A model generated the notes under the pieces. That model was given only the letters and a program-made list of their open reading frames with translations. It had not been told where the DNA came from and ran no database searches. Below are positions 19,828 through 29,185 of a stretch of DNA of 64,000 nt, piece by piece; the first letter of the stretch is position 1; each line of letters begins with the position of its first letter. Both the position numbers and the translations under genes were made by a program. Location of the stretch: assembly GCA_944384375.1 (NCBI GenBank), contig CALWTE010000017.1, forward strand, positions 1,344-65,343. The letters run 5' to 3'. The stretch is from an uncultured Clostridia bacterium. Its GTDB lineage: Bacteria > Bacillota > Clostridia > Christensenellales > UBA1242.

Positions 19828-20166
19828 ATGTTAAAAAAAGAAAACCGACTAAAAAAAAGAAAAGAGTTTAAGTATATTTACAAAAAAGGTTCCAAAGTTT
19901 ATAGTAAAAATATAACATTAATTAAGATTGACAGTAAGTTTGCACAACCTAAAATTGGATTTTCAGTTAGCAACAAAATCGGTAAAGCGGTTGTTAGAAA
20001 TAAAATAAAGAGACAACTTAGAAATATTGTGTCAGAAGTGGTAAAAAATATAAAGTTTGTAAACTTAATTTTTGTAGCGCTTCCTGGTATTGTAGATTTA
20101 GATTTTAAAACATTAAAGAAAGAAGTCTACTCTTTGTTAATTAAAGGAAAAATAATTAATGAATAA
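19828..20166 (+). CDS. rnpA: Ribonuclease P protein component
   Basis: 'LKKENRLKKRKEFKYIYKKG' and 'KAVVRNKIKRQLR' motifs, and the position directly after rpmH. ATG 19828 behind aggtg is preferred over GTG 19819. Confidence 0.9.
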   Translation: MLKKENRLKKRKEFKYIYKKGSKVYSKNITLIKIDSKFAQPKIGFSVSNKIGKAVVRNKIKRQLRNIVSEVVKNIKFVNLIFVALPGIVDLDFKTLKKEVYSLLIKGKIINE

Positions 20167-20434
20167 ATTTTTTAAGATATTAACTGCTCCTTTAAAATAT
20201 TTTGCCCTTTTTTTTATATACTTATACAAGTATACTATTAGTGTTATTACTCCGTCTTGTTGTATTTATTACCCTAGTTGTTCAACATATATGGTGACAG
20301 CAATACGGCGTTTTGGTATTTTCAAAGGTTTTTATCTGGGTGCAAAACGAATTTGGAGATGTAGACCTAGTTTTTGCGGGGGATTTGACCCTGTACCTGA
20401 TTCTTTAACTGAAAATTTAAGATTTATAGTATAA
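20159..20434 (+). CDS. yidD: Membrane protein insertion efficiency factor YidD
   Basis: 'CCIYYPSCSTYMVTAIRRFGIFKGFYLGAKRIWRCRP..GGFDPVP'. Overlaps the rnpA stop by 8 nt. Confidence 0.9.
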   Translation: MNKFFKILTAPLKYFALFFIYLYKYTISVITPSCCIYYPSCSTYMVTAIRRFGIFKGFYLGAKRIWRCRPSFCGGFDPVPDSLTENLRFIV

Positions 20435-20670
20435 TTTTTATAAAAAAATTTAATTGAATAGTATATGTAAATATAAGTAATATTATATAATTGTAAAAAA
20501 ATTACTTAAAAATAATGCATTTTTTAAAATTTTTAGCGCATTTTTACAGTTTTTAGACTGTTTTTTAACAAAATCAATTAAAATAACCTAAAAAATTTTT
20601 AAAAATTTATATTGTATTTCTTAAATCAATTAAAAAATAAAATTATATTAAATAAATTTTTATAAATTAC

Positions 20671-20745
20671 AAAAAAAACACACAAAAAGTATAAAAAATA
20701 TACTAAAAATCTAAAAAAATTTCAAAAAATATTGAAAAATAAAAA
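20671..20745 (+). repeat. Helically phased A-tract array (8 tracts)
   Basis: Tract centres lie about 9-11.5 bp apart (cacaaaaa gtataaaaaa tatactaaaaa tctaaaaaaa tttcaaaaaa tattgaaaaa). Located between convergent yidD and yidC. Confidence 0.8.
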
Positions 20746-20783
20746 TAATTAAGAATATTTATATAGGATTTGTATAAAATCAA

Positions 20784-20818
20784 GTAAAAAGAAAACGGCT
20801 TTTGACCGTTTTCTTTTT
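20784..20818. terminator. Bidirectional rho-independent terminator at the yidC 3' end
   Basis: Stem gaaaacgg/ccgttttc (20791-20798 / 20806-20813) flanked by A5 and T5. Confidence 0.7.
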
Positions 20819-22025
20819 ATCTACTATAAGAAACTTTTTTAGTTTCCTTTTCTTTTTCATCTTTCCTTTTATCCAATTTATCAAATACTTTCATACATGT
20901 AAAGTTTATAATTACACCCATTAATGAGTTCGTAACAATGTATAGAGCAAATGCTGCAGAATAATAGAATGTAAAGATAATCATAATAACAGGCATTACA
21001 AATTTCATAATCTTCATTGCTGTGTTTGTATTTGCTTCTGGTTGTTGATTGTTTTGTTTTACACTATTATTTACAGGTTTAACTACAATTTGATTGTTTT
21101 TTGCTGTTGTGGATTTTTGATTCAACCATAATGAAAAAAATGTAATAGCACCCGATAGAACCACTAAAATAAAGTAACCATTCCAACTTGAATAAGTTTT
21201 TTGTATATCAGCCGTGATTGTATTATATTCCATAGCTATTTGATTTAGTCTTGCTTCATTTTGACCTACAGCATCATTTAAATTTGCAATATTATAAAAA
21301 TCATTATAATTTGGAACTCCCGAAACATATGTATCAGGGCGCCATACACTATCTATCCAAAGCCAATTATCTTTAATTTCTTCATATTTTTCAGCAACGT
21401 TTGCTTGCGCTATATCAATTTCTGTGGCTAAATCATTTTGCGCTACTAATTCAAAAGCTTTTTGACGAATTTGCGTTTCGCTTGGTTCTTGCACCCCTTC
21501 AGTTACTAGCGCCTCCTCAGCCTCGGTTAACCTATTATCTATTAGTCCTTGTATATATTGAGTAACTTCATCATAATTAGTCATTTGTAATTCTGTAATC
21601 AAAGTTTGTTGATATACTGTTTCTAATTGTGTATACTGATTATAAATTTTTTCTTGCGAAATCCCTACGAGTCCAGTAAACAATGTAATAAAGATAAAAG
21701 CAGTTAAGATTAAATTTATTAACATACTCAAACAAGACCCAACAACATTATATCCTTCTTTTTTATAAAGCTGCATTGTTTTTTGATTTAAAGCTTGCGG
21801 GTTGTTTTGATATTGTTTTTTTAGTTTTTGCAACTCTGGTTGCATTTTTTGTTGTTTTCGCATGCTGTCACGACTGACTTTTCTTTGCCAAATATCTAAA
21901 GGACTTAAAATTAATTTAAGCACGATAGTGAATACGATAATCATAAAACCGTAGTTTGGGATAAAGTCAAACAAGTTGATTATCGGTGACCACATGTCCA
22001 TAGTCCAGTTAGCTAAAAATGACAT
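20817..22025 (-). CDS. yidC: Membrane protein insertase YidC (long variant with an inserted loop)
   Basis: 'LKLILSPLDIWQRKVSRDSMRKQQKMQPELQKLKKQY', 'LYKKEGYN' and C-terminal TM segments with a basic tail. RBS aaaggagtttttATG. Confidence 0.85.
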   Translation of the reverse strand: MSFLANWTMDMWSPIINLFDFIPNYGFMIIVFTIVLKLILSPLDIWQRKVSRDSMRKQQKMQPELQKLKKQYQNNPQALNQKTMQLYKKEGYNVVGSCLSMLINLILTAFIFITLFTGLVGISQEKIYNQYTQLETVYQQTLITELQMTNYDEVTQYIQGLIDNRLTEAEEALVTEGVQEPSETQIRQKAFELVAQNDLATEIDIAQANVAEKYEEIKDNWLWIDSVWRPDTYVSGVPNYNDFYNIANLNDAVGQNEARLNQIAMEYNTITADIQKTYSSWNGYFILVVLSGAITFFSLWLNQKSTTAKNNQIVVKPVNNSVKQNNQQPEANTNTAMKIMKFVMPVIMIIFTFYYSAAFALYIVTNSLMGVIINFTCMKVFDKLDKRKDEKEKETKKVSYSR

Positions 22026-22368
22026 AAAAACTCCTTTAAATTAGTATTTTTTATTAAAAAATATTGAAAAACAGTAAAAATTTGATATTTTTTCAAATGA
22101 ATAACTATTCATTTAAAACAAAAATCTCGGCTCTCATCGCGTTTTAAATGAGGATATTTTTTTGATTTTTTATCAAAAAAAGTTAAAAATTCATTGTTTT
22201 TTAGTGATATTTTTAATTTTTTTTTTATAGAATTTCCTAATTTTTAAATTTCTTATAATCCTTAAATATTAATTAAATAGATAACAATTTTAAACCTTTT
22301 TAGTATTCAAGCTAATAACTAGATAAATTAATTTAGAATTATTATAAATAATATAAAATTTCAAAAGA

Positions 22369-23454
22369 TTATTTTAATTTGGAAACTAAATTATAAATTC
22401 TGTCTAAATCATCAGTATTGTAGTAATCAAAATAAATTCTACCTTTTTTATCGTTACCTAAAATTGTAATCTTTGTTCCAAAAACTTGTTGCATATCATC
22501 TCGCAATGATATTAATTCCATACTAAGTGGATTTGATTTTTTTGCTTGAGCAATTTCTGGTCTGATTAATTCTTGAACAGTTTTTTCTACTTCACGAGCG
22601 GTCATTTTACCATCACTTGCTTTTTTTGCAATTAAAATCTGTTGTTCTCGCGGCAATGTAATAATTGCTCTTGCTATACCAGGTTGCAACTTTCCTTTTT
22701 CTACTAAAGTAAGTACTTCTGGTTCTAGTGATAATAATCTCAAACTATTAGCAACAACAGGTCTACTTTTCCCTATTTTTTGTGCAACTTCGTCTTGAGT
22801 GAAGCCATAATTATCAATTAATTGTTTAATGGCTACAGCAGTTTCTATTGGGTTCAAGTCCTCGCGCTGCAGGTTTTCTATTAGCGCTATTTCTCTGCGT
22901 TGTTGTTCATTATAATCTCTAATTATAACAGGCACTGTCTTTAATCCTGCAAGTCTAGCGGCTCTATAGCGCCGTTCACCTGCAATAATAATATAAATAT
23001 CATCTTTAGGTACTGCAATAATTGGTTGAATAATGCCATGTTCTTTTATAGATTGCGCTAATTCTTTTAACGACTCTTGATTGAAATTCTTACGAGGTTG
23101 GTCAGGGTTTGGCTGCAATCTTGTAATAGATATCTGTCTTGCCGTTGCTCCTTGATACATTTCCTCGCCTGCTGTTTTTAATTTTTCTTCAAGTTTTGTT
23201 TTTTCTTTCACAAACTCTATATTTTCTGTAGGCTCTTTTGGTTGTACTTTCTTTTGATATTTTTCCAAAAGATTATCAGCATTATTTAAAATTTCTAAAT
23301 TTGTAGTATTTTTTGCTGTTTTTTCAGTGTTTTGTTTTGTTTTTTCTATTTTTACGATATCATCAGCTTCTTTTTTATTTTCTAGAATATCCTTGTTGTC
23401 GTCTTCATATAAAGCAAACAAAGAACTTAGACCACGCCCTAAACCTTTACTCAT
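22369..23454 (-). CDS. parB: Chromosome partitioning protein ParB/Spo0J
   Basis: 'QPRKNF', 'GIIQPIIAV', 'IIAGERRYRAARLAGL' and an HTH 'FTQDEVAQKIGKSRPVVANSLRLL'. Overlaps the parA stop. Confidence 0.95.
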   Translation of the reverse strand: MSKGLGRGLSSLFALYEDDNKDILENKKEADDIVKIEKTKQNTEKTAKNTTNLEILNNADNLLEKYQKKVQPKEPTENIEFVKEKTKLEEKLKTAGEEMYQGATARQISITRLQPNPDQPRKNFNQESLKELAQSIKEHGIIQPIIAVPKDDIYIIIAGERRYRAARLAGLKTVPVIIRDYNEQQRREIALIENLQREDLNPIETAVAIKQLIDNYGFTQDEVAQKIGKSRPVVANSLRLLSLEPEVLTLVEKGKLQPGIARAIITLPREQQILIAKKASDGKMTAREVEKTVQELIRPEIAQAKKSNPLSMELISLRDDMQQVFGTKITILGNDKKGRIYFDYYNTDDLDRIYNLVSKLK

Positions 23455-24268
23455 TATTCAAATCCCCCTTAAATAACATTCTTTTTTCCATAAGCACCCC
23501 ACTATCTTTGTTGCGTCGTAAAAACTCACGCGCTAACTCATGATACGCAATTCCACCCGTACTTCTATTATCATACAAATAAATAGGCAGTCCGTGGCTT
23601 GGGGCTTCAGCTAGCCTAATATTTCTAGGAATAACTGTTTGATATACTTTTTTCCCAAAACCCTCTTTAATCTCATCTATTACTTGATTTGATAAATTAC
23701 TTCTACTATCCTTCATTGTTAAAATTATGCCTTCAATCTCTATTTTAGGATTATAATACTGTTTTACAAGTCTTACTGTATTAAGTAGTTGCATTAACCC
23801 CTCTAAAGCATAAAATTCACATTGAATCGGTATAATTACACTATCAGAAGCTGTTAAGGCATTTACTGTAATCAAACCTAAAGAAGGCGGACAATCTATA
23901 AATATGTAATCGTACTTATTTTTTACTTGTCCTAATTGTTCTAGTAATACTTTTTCTCTGCCTTCTTTTTGAACCAGACTTACCTCTGCTCCTGCCAAAT
24001 CAACATTACTAGGTACTAAATCTAGGTTTTTTATATTTGTTTCTTTTATTAGGTCAGTAAGCTTATATTCGCCTGTTATAACATCATAAAAAGTCAACAT
24101 ATCCTTTGTTTTTTCAAAGCCTATACCAGTTGTAGCATTTCCTTGAGGGTCCATATCAATCAGCAAAACTTTTTTCCCGTAAGCTGCTAAATAAGTAGAC
24201 AAATTGACACAAGTAGTAGTTTTACCAACTCCCCCCTTTTGATTTGTAAAAGCAATAATTTTGGTCAT
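23447..24268 (-). CDS. parA: Chromosome partitioning ATPase ParA/Soj
   Basis: 'IIAFTNQKGGVGKTTT' deviant Walker A and 'IIDCPPSLG'. Start placed at ATG 24268 behind gaggtggg. Confidence 0.95.
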   Translation of the reverse strand: MTKIIAFTNQKGGVGKTTTCVNLSTYLAAYGKKVLLIDMDPQGNATTGIGFEKTKDMLTFYDVITGEYKLTDLIKETNIKNLDLVPSNVDLAGAEVSLVQKEGREKVLLEQLGQVKNKYDYIFIDCPPSLGLITVNALTASDSVIIPIQCEFYALEGLMQLLNTVRLVKQYYNPKIEIEGIILTMKDSRSNLSNQVIDEIKEGFGKKVYQTVIPRNIRLAEAPSHGLPIYLYDNRSTGGIAYHELAREFLRRNKDSGVLMEKRMLFKGDLNNE

Positions 24269-24341
24269 ATTTCCCACCTCTAATCTTGATATTAAAATTA
24301 TATCACAACTCGTATTTTAATGCAACAAAATAAAAGTAAAA

Positions 24342-24357
24342 AGTTTCACGTGAAACG
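24342..24357. promoter_or_regulatory. parS-like site (14/16 match; the inner 14 bp are palindromic)
   Basis: aGTTTCACGTGAAACg compared with consensus TGTTNCACGTGAAACA. Confidence 0.6.
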
Positions 24358-24520
24358 TTTATTTTATTAGATTTTGTATAAAGTAATCAAAAAAAATCAA
24401 AAACTTTCTAATATATTGCAAAATTGATAATTTTTCACACAAAAAAATTAATTTTTATAGTATTATGCATTGTTTTTTAGTGAAATTAGTTTTCTGTCGT
24501 CTTAATAATTGAAAATTTAT

Positions 24521-24536
24521 TGTTTCACGTGAAACA
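24521..24536. promoter_or_regulatory. parS site, perfect palindrome
   Basis: TGTTTCACGTGAAACA; the palindrome extends to 20 bp (24519-24538). Confidence 0.85.
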
Positions 24537-25028
24537 ATGTTTTCTGTATAACCACCAAATACTCTTAATTACTGTTTTTATTAAAAAATGTTAATATTGA
24601 ATGGTTGATAATTTTGTATTAAAATTTGCTATCACAAAATCGTATTGCTTTTTAAATTTTTATTTATTTATATCACAACTATTATTTTATAAAAAAAATA
24701 AAATCATTATATATATATTACTCTTTGTTTCTATGTGGTTTTAACTTTTATGAAATTTGCATGGTAATGTGTTTTGTAAATAAATTAAATTTTTCCAATA
24801 CTATCTAATTAAAAATATACAAATCAATTTATAATATTTATATTTATATTTAATATTATTTAGTGTTTAGTATGATTAAATGGTATTTGATAACTCTTAC
24901 AGCTTTATTTGTTTTTTAATGTCCAATGTTTACATACTTTTTATTATAATGTAGTAAAAATGCTAAATATTGATGCTTTTTTAATTATTTCTATTAAAAA
25001 ATTATAAAATAATGCCAGATATTTCAAA

Positions 25029-25044
25029 TGTTTCACGTGGAACA
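25029..25044. promoter_or_regulatory. parS site
   Basis: TGTTTCACGTGGAACA is the reverse complement of the B. subtilis-type TGTTCCACGTGAAACA. Confidence 0.85.
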
Positions 25045-25334
25045 CTTAAAAAGGTTTGGTTTTATTTGTTTAATAATAATACAGAGTGTTATATATTAAT
25101 AATAAAATAAATTAATAAATTAAGTTTTTTATGGAAATTGTTACAATAATGCAATCATTAACAAATCAATGTCTTTTTGTGCTTTGTGGTTTACTTGTAA
25201 AATGTAAATTGTTTTAAAGATATAAAAATCTAAACATTAAACACACACTTAACAAAGCAGTTGTTTGTATTCTAATATACTTATTATAGCAAATGTGGTT
25301 TAAAAATTAAAAATTTAAATATAATTAAAAGTAT

Positions 25335-25350
25335 TGTTTCACGTGAAACA
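25335..25350. promoter_or_regulatory. parS site, perfect palindrome
   Basis: TGTTTCACGTGAAACA. Confidence 0.85.
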
Positions 25351-25436
25351 AAAAATATTGTATTATTATTTGTTTTTTATTATTGATGCTTTTTAAATAT
25401 ATAAACAAATATAAATATAATTATCTACGAATATAA

Positions 25437-25452
25437 TGTTTCACGTGAAACA
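25437..25452. promoter_or_regulatory. parS site, perfect palindrome
   Basis: TGTTTCACGTGAAACA. Confidence 0.85.
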
Positions 25453-25837
25453 ATATTAATTTGCTTTTTAAGTGTTTGTTGGGTTTTTGTTATAAGTGTG
25501 AAGTCTATTTTTTAACAAAATACGTTTTATTAATAGAAAATTGATATTTACATTAATGCTTTTCTGTTTATGCGATATAAGATAGATAAAAAATATTATA
25601 AATGTTTGTTGGCAATAATTTTAAAATATAAATGTGTATTACATTAGCGTTTTATTAATATCTGCTATACTGTTACAATACCAGTTTGGTTTGCTTGTTT
25701 TTTGTTTGTTCGTATTTATGTTTATGATTTAGAGTGTTATTTTAATGCATAGTACCAGTTTTTTTAAAAATAATCATTTTTTCTTTAGTTTTTCATATAA
25801 AATTAAAGTTTTACATTAAAACCATTTTTATAAGAAT

Positions 25838-25870
25838 AAAAAAAGAACGCGTTTTGTACGTTCTTTTAGT
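25838..25870 (-). terminator. Rho-independent terminator of rsmG
   Basis: Stem aagaacg/cgttctt with an A7 run on the + strand, which is a T-run on the transcribed minus strand. Confidence 0.65.
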
Positions 25871-25880
25871 AAAAATAAGT

Positions 25881-26603
25881 TTATAATGGTGATGTTAAGA
25901 TTTTGTTTTTTAATCTAGGGTAATTTGTGGGTGTTTCCTTTGTTTTGCCTATGATTATAATTTTTCGTTCTAATAATTCATTGTTTTGTGTGTTTTTTAG
26001 TGAAAAAGTTTGGATTTCTTTGAATTTTCCACCTAGTTTACTAATTGCCTGGTTTGCTGCTAATATTTCTTCTTCTGGGCTTATGGCCTTAAATGCAATC
26101 ATTTCACCTTTTAGTTTTACAAAAGGTAAACAATATTCTGTTAGAATATTTAGTTTTGCGACAGCTCTTGCGATAACATAATCAAAAGTTTCTCTACTTA
26201 TTCCGTTTTGTGGTAGTTCTTGGGCTCGTGTATGTATTGTCTTTGTATTGTTTAATTCTAGTTCTTTAATGACTATATTTAAAAAATTTATTCGTTTTAA
26301 TAAGCTATCAACTAAGATTATTTGCAAATCAGGTCTAAATATTGCAATTGGGATACCAGGAAAACCTGCTCCTGTACCGATATCACATAAGGTGGAGTTT
26401 TCTTTGTAGTAACTAATGTTAACTAAAGAATCGGCAAAATGTTTTAGAGAAACATCATAAGGGTCTGTGATTGCTGTTAGGTTTATGTTTTTATTAAATT
26501 CTATCAATAAATTATAATATTTTAGTAATTGATCTATTTGACTTTCTGTGGCTGATATGTTGTTTGTTTGTAGTGTGTTTTTAATTATAGATTTAACATC
26601 CAT
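25881..26603 (-). CDS. rsmG: 16S rRNA (guanine527-N7)-methyltransferase RsmG/GidB
   Basis: 'LCDIGTGAGFPGIPIAI' SAM-binding motif, and the position immediately downstream of mnmG. Confidence 0.9.
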   Translation of the reverse strand: MDVKSIIKNTLQTNNISATESQIDQLLKYYNLLIEFNKNINLTAITDPYDVSLKHFADSLVNISYYKENSTLCDIGTGAGFPGIPIAIFRPDLQIILVDSLLKRINFLNIVIKELELNNTKTIHTRAQELPQNGISRETFDYVIARAVAKLNILTEYCLPFVKLKGEMIAFKAISPEEEILAANQAISKLGGKFKEIQTFSLKNTQNNELLERKIIIIGKTKETPTNYPRLKNKILTSPL

Positions 26604-26608
26604 TTATT

Positions 26609-28477
26609 CTATTGCTCCTTGTTTTTCTTTAAATAAATAGTCAAAATATTAATATCTGCTGGTGACACGCCGCTTATTCTACTTGCTTGGGCTATTGTTA
26701 AAGGTTTGGTGCTAGATAGTTTTTGACGTGCTTCTATTCTTAAACCTTTTAAAGCGCTGTAATCAAAGTCTTGCGGTATGGTTAAGTTTTCGTTCTTTTG
26801 AAATTCGGCTATTTGCTCTTTTTGTATATTTATATATCCCTCATATTTTGCAATAATATTTAATTGTTCCAGAACTTCTGTGGAAAAGTCGTCAAAGTGA
26901 TGAAATTCTTTATTAAACTTATAGATGTCAATATTATTGCGTTTGAGTAGTGATTTTATGGAAATTCCGCTTTTCACTTCATTTTCGTTATTTTCTTTTA
27001 AAAATTCTTGTAATTTATTGTTTGGAGATAAAAATTTGTTTAAAATTTCGTTTCCACGTGCAATTTCTTTTTCTTTTTTCAAAACTTTTAGATAATTACT
27101 CTTGCTAACTAGTCCTACCTTATATCCTATTTTTGTGAGTCTTAAATCGGCATTGTCTTGCCTAAGAAGAAGCCTATACTCTGCTCGTGATGTCATCATT
27201 CTATATGGCTCGTTAGTTCCTTTTGTAACTAAGTCGTCTACTAGCACGCCGATATAAGCCTCGTTTCGCTTTAAAACGATTTGTTCTTTATTTTGCACAA
27301 ACAATCCAGCGTTTATTCCTGCGAGTATCCCCTGTCCTGCTGCTTCTTCATATCCGCTGGTGCCATTAACTTGCCCTGCAAAGAATAATCCTTTGATTTT
27401 TTTATATTCCAAAGTTGGTAATAAATCACGCGAATCTATACAATCATATTCTATTGCGTAAGCATAGCGCATTAAATGTGCTTGTTCTAACCCTACAATG
27501 CTGTGGATAAAATCAATTTGTGCGTGATATGGCAAGCTACTTGAAAGCCCTTGAACGTAAATTTCGTTAGTGCTAAGCGCTTCAGGTTCTAGGAAAAATT
27601 GATGTCTAGATTTATCTGCAAAACGGACAATTTTATCTTCAATAGATGGACAGTATCGTGGCCCTATACCCTTTATGACTCCCTGATAAAGTGGGCTGAA
27701 TTTTAGGTTATCACGTATAATTTGATGTGTTCGTTCATTTGTATAACCTATATAGCAATTCACTTTATTTTGTGGGGCGCTACGTGTGTTTTTGCTAAAA
27801 GGTGGTAAATTCTCTTGACCTATTTGAGGCTCTAGCGCATCAAAATTTACTGTGCGCCTATCAATTCTCATAGGTGTACCCGTTTTAAATCTTAAAATTT
27901 TCAATCCTAACCCTGCTAAACTGCGTGTCAATTTTGTCGCATTGGTAAAGCCGTTTGGCCCGCTATTTCTTATGTAATTGCCAGTCAAAGTCCTACTATT
28001 GAGATATACACCCGTACAAATTACTACTGCTTTTGCGGAGAATTTTTCCCCCATTGCTGTTTTGATACCGAGGAGTTTTCCCTTGCGAGTCAATATTTGA
28101 GCAACTTCTGCTTGCAATATGGTTAAATTCTCTTGATTTTCCAAAGTTGATTTCATAACTTCGTGATAACGAACTTTATCAACTTGCACACGTAAGGAGT
28201 GAACGGCTGGGCCTTTTGCTTCGTTAAGCATATGGCGATGAAGGGTCGTCTTATCTGCAACTTCCCCCATAACCCCGCCCAAAGCGTCAATCTCAAATAC
28301 CAAATGCCCTTTTGCCGTTCCCCCGATACTAGGATTACAAGGTAAAAAGCCGATACTATCTAAATTTAATGTCGTAATGAGTGTTTTTAATCCCATTTTC
28401 GCACAAGCCATTGCCGCTTCGCATCCTGCATGGCCTGCTCCTACGACGATTACGTCAAAATTATTTTCGTTGTTCAT
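26609..28477 (-). CDS. mnmG: tRNA uridine 5-carboxymethylaminomethyl modification enzyme MnmG/GidA
   Basis: 'FDVIVVGAGHAGCEAA', 'GPRYCPSIEDK' and 'GQVNGTSGYEEAAGQG'. Start moved to ATG 28477 (MNNENNFDV) behind aagggga. Confidence 0.95.
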   Translation of the reverse strand: MNNENNFDVIVVGAGHAGCEAAMACAKMGLKTLITTLNLDSIGFLPCNPSIGGTAKGHLVFEIDALGGVMGEVADKTTLHRHMLNEAKGPAVHSLRVQVDKVRYHEVMKSTLENQENLTILQAEVAQILTRKGKLLGIKTAMGEKFSAKAVVICTGVYLNSRTLTGNYIRNSGPNGFTNATKLTRSLAGLGLKILRFKTGTPMRIDRRTVNFDALEPQIGQENLPPFSKNTRSAPQNKVNCYIGYTNERTHQIIRDNLKFSPLYQGVIKGIGPRYCPSIEDKIVRFADKSRHQFFLEPEALSTNEIYVQGLSSSLPYHAQIDFIHSIVGLEQAHLMRYAYAIEYDCIDSRDLLPTLEYKKIKGLFFAGQVNGTSGYEEAAGQGILAGINAGLFVQNKEQIVLKRNEAYIGVLVDDLVTKGTNEPYRMMTSRAEYRLLLRQDNADLRLTKIGYKVGLVSKSNYLKVLKKEKEIARGNEILNKFLSPNNKLQEFLKENNENEVKSGISIKSLLKRNNIDIYKFNKEFHHFDDFSTEVLEQLNIIAKYEGYINIQKEQIAEFQKNENLTIPQDFDYSALKGLRIEARQKLSSTKPLTIAQASRISGVSPADINILTIYLKKNKEQ

Positions 28478-28924
28478 TTGTGTTCCCCTTATGTAAATAC
28501 TTATTATTATATCAAAAAATTTATCTTTTGTATAGATGTAATAAGTAAAATTTGGAATTTTTAAACAAAACTGATGTTTTGTGATTTTTATTTTTATAAA
28601 AAATTTCAATTTCTGTAATCAATGATAATTTTCATAAGATATTTATAGAAAAACTAATGTTTTAAATTAACTATATAAAAAAGATAAAAACTGTTAGTTT
28701 TGCCATTTTGTTTTACAATAAAAATAAATGCTTTTTAAAAAGTAATTCTTTCTTCTGCTAATTTTAAGTATCTTAAAAATACAACGGTAATATTGAAAAA
28801 GTTTTAACATATTATTATAGATTTGTTAAATATGAATTAATATCAAAATTTCACAAACAAAAATATTGTTCTAAACAAATGTACGATAAAAAAATTTTTA
28901 CTTTAACAAAAGGACTTTTATAAG

Positions 28925-29040
28925 TTATCCACATTTTTAGAACATATATTTTGCACTATTTTTTGTACTTTTTAAGATTTCTGTGGATAAAATGTGTACA
29001 AAAAGGTAAGTTATCCACATTAGTTTTCCACTTATCCACA
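28925..29040. promoter_or_regulatory. Dense DnaA-box cluster: four perfect TTATCCACA boxes in 116 bp
   Basis: Perfect boxes at 28925-28933(+), 28982-28990(-), 29011-29019(+) and 29032-29040(+), plus TTTTCCACT at 29024. Lies between divergent mnmG and the surface-protein gene. Confidence 0.75.
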
Positions 29041-29185
29041 TTCAAGAGATGCAAAATCTTTTAGAAAATTTATAAAATAATAGTCGTTTTTATTTGTTTT
29101 TATAGGGGGAAATATGCTAAAATTATTTTATATAAAATAAAATATTTTTCTTCATTTGTTACATAATAAAAATAGGAGTTAAAAA

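Noticed and set aside
27040-27075. Additional CACGTG-centred sequences inside genes (mnmG about 27055, 37700, 58430, 58490, 46225), checked as possible parS sites
   Set aside because: Each has five or more mismatches to the 16-bp parS consensus outside the CACGTG core.
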